From assembly GCA_963806535.1 (NCBI GenBank), contig CAWDYC010000003.1, positions 288,001-352,000 on the forward strand: a stretch of 64,000 nt of DNA. The letters run 5' to 3'. Position numbers and translations under genes: made by a program. The notes under the pieces were generated by a model, which ran no database searches, was not told the origin of the DNA, and saw only the letters and a program-made list of their open reading frames with translations. Numbering within the stretch: the stretch's first letter is position 1; every line of letters starts with the position of its first letter. The DNA is from Candidatus Bathyarchaeota archaeon. GTDB lineage: Archaea; Thermoproteota; Bathyarchaeia; Bathyarchaeales; Bathycorpusculaceae. Shown here piece after piece: positions 61,937 through 64,000 of this stretch.

Positions 61937-62388
61937 ATATCTAAAATAAATTCTAAGACCACTCTGTCTTTTTCTTTTATTATAACCATTCTATGATAAG
62001 TTACTGCCTTAACTGCAACTTTTTGCGGATGCTTTTGGGATTCAAATTTTTCGCCCCAAACTTTTGCTTTGAATTTGAAGATTTCAGCCGTTTCTTGCCA
62101 ATTTACAATTTGAAATTTTGAATACATCATGTTTTCTGTTTCAAACTTTACAAGCAAAGCTTCAAGCCAGTTATAGAGCAATGCGTATTGGTCCTCAGCT
62201 TCGACCTCCAAGGTTTGTTCATTCGTTTGAGCGATTTTCTCAGAATCGGTCATGGTTTCGAACATTGCAAGCGCAGCATTTTCGTAGGCTTCTTCCATTG
62301 TTCTTCCATGAGCTCGAATGAAAACGTCTGCAGTATGTTCTAGAAACTCGAATTTTCCAGCAAATTTCTCGTCCGTGTCCTTATCCAT
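61933..62388 (-). CDS. Archease
   Basis: EHTAD and VKAVTYH motifs, C-terminal LDI. Confidence 0.93.
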   Translation of the reverse strand: MDKDTDEKFAGKFEFLEHTADVFIRAHGRTMEEAYENAALAMFETMTDSEKIAQTNEQTLEVEAEDQYALLYNWLEALLVKFETENMMYSKFQIVNWQETAEIFKFKAKVWGEKFESQKHPQKVAVKAVTYHRMVIIKEKDRVVLEFILDI

Positions 62389-62472
62389 TTTAAGCCACAT
62401 TAAGTATTGATGGTGATTGTCTAAAATGCTTTTGCTGAGATATTATTTGCCGTTCTGTTGTTCTTCGCCTGC

Positions 62473-63513
62473 TTAGAAGTACTTTTTAATTCTTTGTATA
62501 GCTGCAACTGTAAGTTTAACAGAGTTTTCTATATCTTTTAGGGAAAGCATGCCCACGGGACTGTGAATGTAACGTACAGGTATAGATATGTTACCGCATG
62601 GTATGCCTTGTCGTGTAAGAGAAATTCTTGCTGCATCAGTTGAGCCCATTAAACCCGTTTCAATTTGGAAAGATATTTTTTCTTCTTCCGCCGAATCCAA
62701 AAGCCAGCGCAAAATCTTTCCTGATGTGATTAAACCTGAATCTGTGATTGTAAGAGCAGGACCTTTCCCCATCTTTACAGTAGTATCAAACTCTCTTACT
62801 CCTGGAGTGTCACCTGCAATAGTAACATCAAGGGCTATTGCCAAATCAGGGTCGATGCTGAAAGCTGCAGCACCCGCCCCACGCAATCCTACCTCTTCCT
62901 GAACGGTGCCAACGGCATAGATTGTGAAGTCAGTTTTTTCCATTAGCTTAAGGGCTTCAATCATTGTAACGCAGCCCGCTCGATTATCAAAAGCTTTACC
63001 CATAACAACGTCTTTGCCCAAATTAATGTATTGAATATCAAAACCTACTGGGTCGCCAACTGAGACCATTGCTAACGCGTCGTCTTTGCTTTCAGCACCG
63101 ATGTCAATGAAGAGTTCATCGGATGCAATAATTTTTTTTCTCTCCTCTTCTTTTTGAATATGTGGAGGTTTAGACCCGATTATACCTGGAAACGTTCCTT
63201 TTCTTGAGAAAACTGTAACTTTTTGAGCGGGTAAGATACGGTCATCTATTCCACCCATTTTAGCGAATTGCAAAAACCCTTCTTTCGTGACAGTCTTAAC
63301 CATTAAACCGACTTCATCTATGTGAGCAGCCAGCATAATTTTTGGCGATTTTTCTGTTCCTTTTTTTATTGCAATAACATTTTCAAGCCTGTCTACAACT
63401 ATTTCGTCTGCATATGGCGTCATAAGTCGAATCATTAATTCTTTAACTTCATTTTCCCTGCCAGTTACTCCGCAGGCGTTTGAAAGTTTAGCTAAATTCT
63501 CATTTATAGACAA
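62473..63513 (-). CDS. M42 family aminopeptidase (TET-like)
   Basis: AAHIDEVG, KAFDNRAG, QEEVGLRGA, STDA, RYIHS. Confidence 0.93.
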   Translation of the reverse strand: MSINENLAKLSNACGVTGRENEVKELMIRLMTPYADEIVVDRLENVIAIKKGTEKSPKIMLAAHIDEVGLMVKTVTKEGFLQFAKMGGIDDRILPAQKVTVFSRKGTFPGIIGSKPPHIQKEEERKKIIASDELFIDIGAESKDDALAMVSVGDPVGFDIQYINLGKDVVMGKAFDNRAGCVTMIEALKLMEKTDFTIYAVGTVQEEVGLRGAGAAAFSIDPDLAIALDVTIAGDTPGVREFDTTVKMGKGPALTITDSGLITSGKILRWLLDSAEEEKISFQIETGLMGSTDAARISLTRQGIPCGNISIPVRYIHSPVGMLSLKDIENSVKLTVAAIQRIKKYF

Positions 63514-63628
63514 GTGGAGCTACCTTCCAAGTTATTATGGATAGAATTCTGAGGATTAACTTATAAAACAATTGCGGTACACAAAAAACTCACAAAAGCT
63601 TTGTTAGAATCCGACAGGGCAATTGCAA

Positions 63629-64000
63629 TTATTTTGTCTTTAGTTTTTGGGGGAGTTCAACGATAAATTTGGTTCCTTTATCCGGCTGGCTATCAAAGGT
63701 TATTTGACCGCTTAGTGCATCTACCAGTCGTTTGACAACGGCTAAGCCTAATCCTTGACCCTTCGATTTTGTAGTGAAGAGGGGCGTGAACATCTTAGTT
63801 TTTACTTCTTCTGGAATCCCAACACCGGTGTCTTCAACGCTAATTATTATTTTCTCTTTTTTCTTGTTGGCTTTAATGGTTAATTTACCTTCTTTTGGCA
63901 TCGCCTGAACAGCGTTAGTGATTAAGTTTGTCAGTATCCGCCTAAGGTAAGCTACATCGGTTTCAACTGCTTTTGAATTATCCTTAATCTCTGTTGTTAA
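63629..64000 (-). CDS. Sensor histidine kinase, C-terminal HATPase domain (partial; continues beyond the window)
   Basis: NLITNAVQAM N box, DTGVGI G1, FTTK, GQGLGL G2. Confidence 0.9.
   Translation of the reverse strand, partial: LTTEIKDNSKAVETDVAYLRRILTNLITNAVQAMPKEGKLTIKANKKKEKIIISVEDTGVGIPEEVKTKMFTPLFTTKSKGQGLGLAVVKRLVDALSGQITFDSQPDKGTKFIVELPQKLKTK

Overview
AT-rich archaeal chromosomal segment whose gene content (PEF-tailed surface proteins, PQQ-type propellers, DUF5752/GH57 glycogen genes, EndoQ, archease/RtcB, archaeal tRNAs) is most consistent with Bathyarchaeia; this assignment is an inference. Many genes, especially in the first 19 kb, are split by single-base indels that look like assembly errors. 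Layout: (1) 0.3-12.2 kb redox/stress region (disulfide oxidoreductase, glutaredoxin plus ferredoxin:disulfide reductase, Nth, peroxiredoxin, HtrA, ferritin-like, flavodoxin) ending in five KGG/Em-type hydrophilin genes that share an upstream motif; (2) 12.4-16.4 kb B12 radical SAM gene and a beta-propeller/GT-C glycosyltransferase fusion; (3) 16.4-23.1 kb accessory tract, the best candidate for an undescribed system: an orphan small+large terminase pair with no portal, capsid or integrase, followed by alternating toxin-antitoxin pairs and PEF-CTERM-like surface genes separated by a recurring CTTGACTAAA/TTTAGTCAAG-type inverted motif; (4) tRNA-Arg(CCG), then carbon metabolism (DUF2090 aldolase-like + GlpX, glycogen GT4/GH57, type I GAPDH, PGK), HypA/Mrp, EndoQ, TldD/PmbA; (5) surface and housekeeping genes, tRNA-Gly(TCC), RtcB, Adk, archease, M42 peptidase and a partial histidine kinase. 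No CRISPR array, rRNA, integrase or transposase was seen. All calls are from motif recognition by eye; no database search was run.
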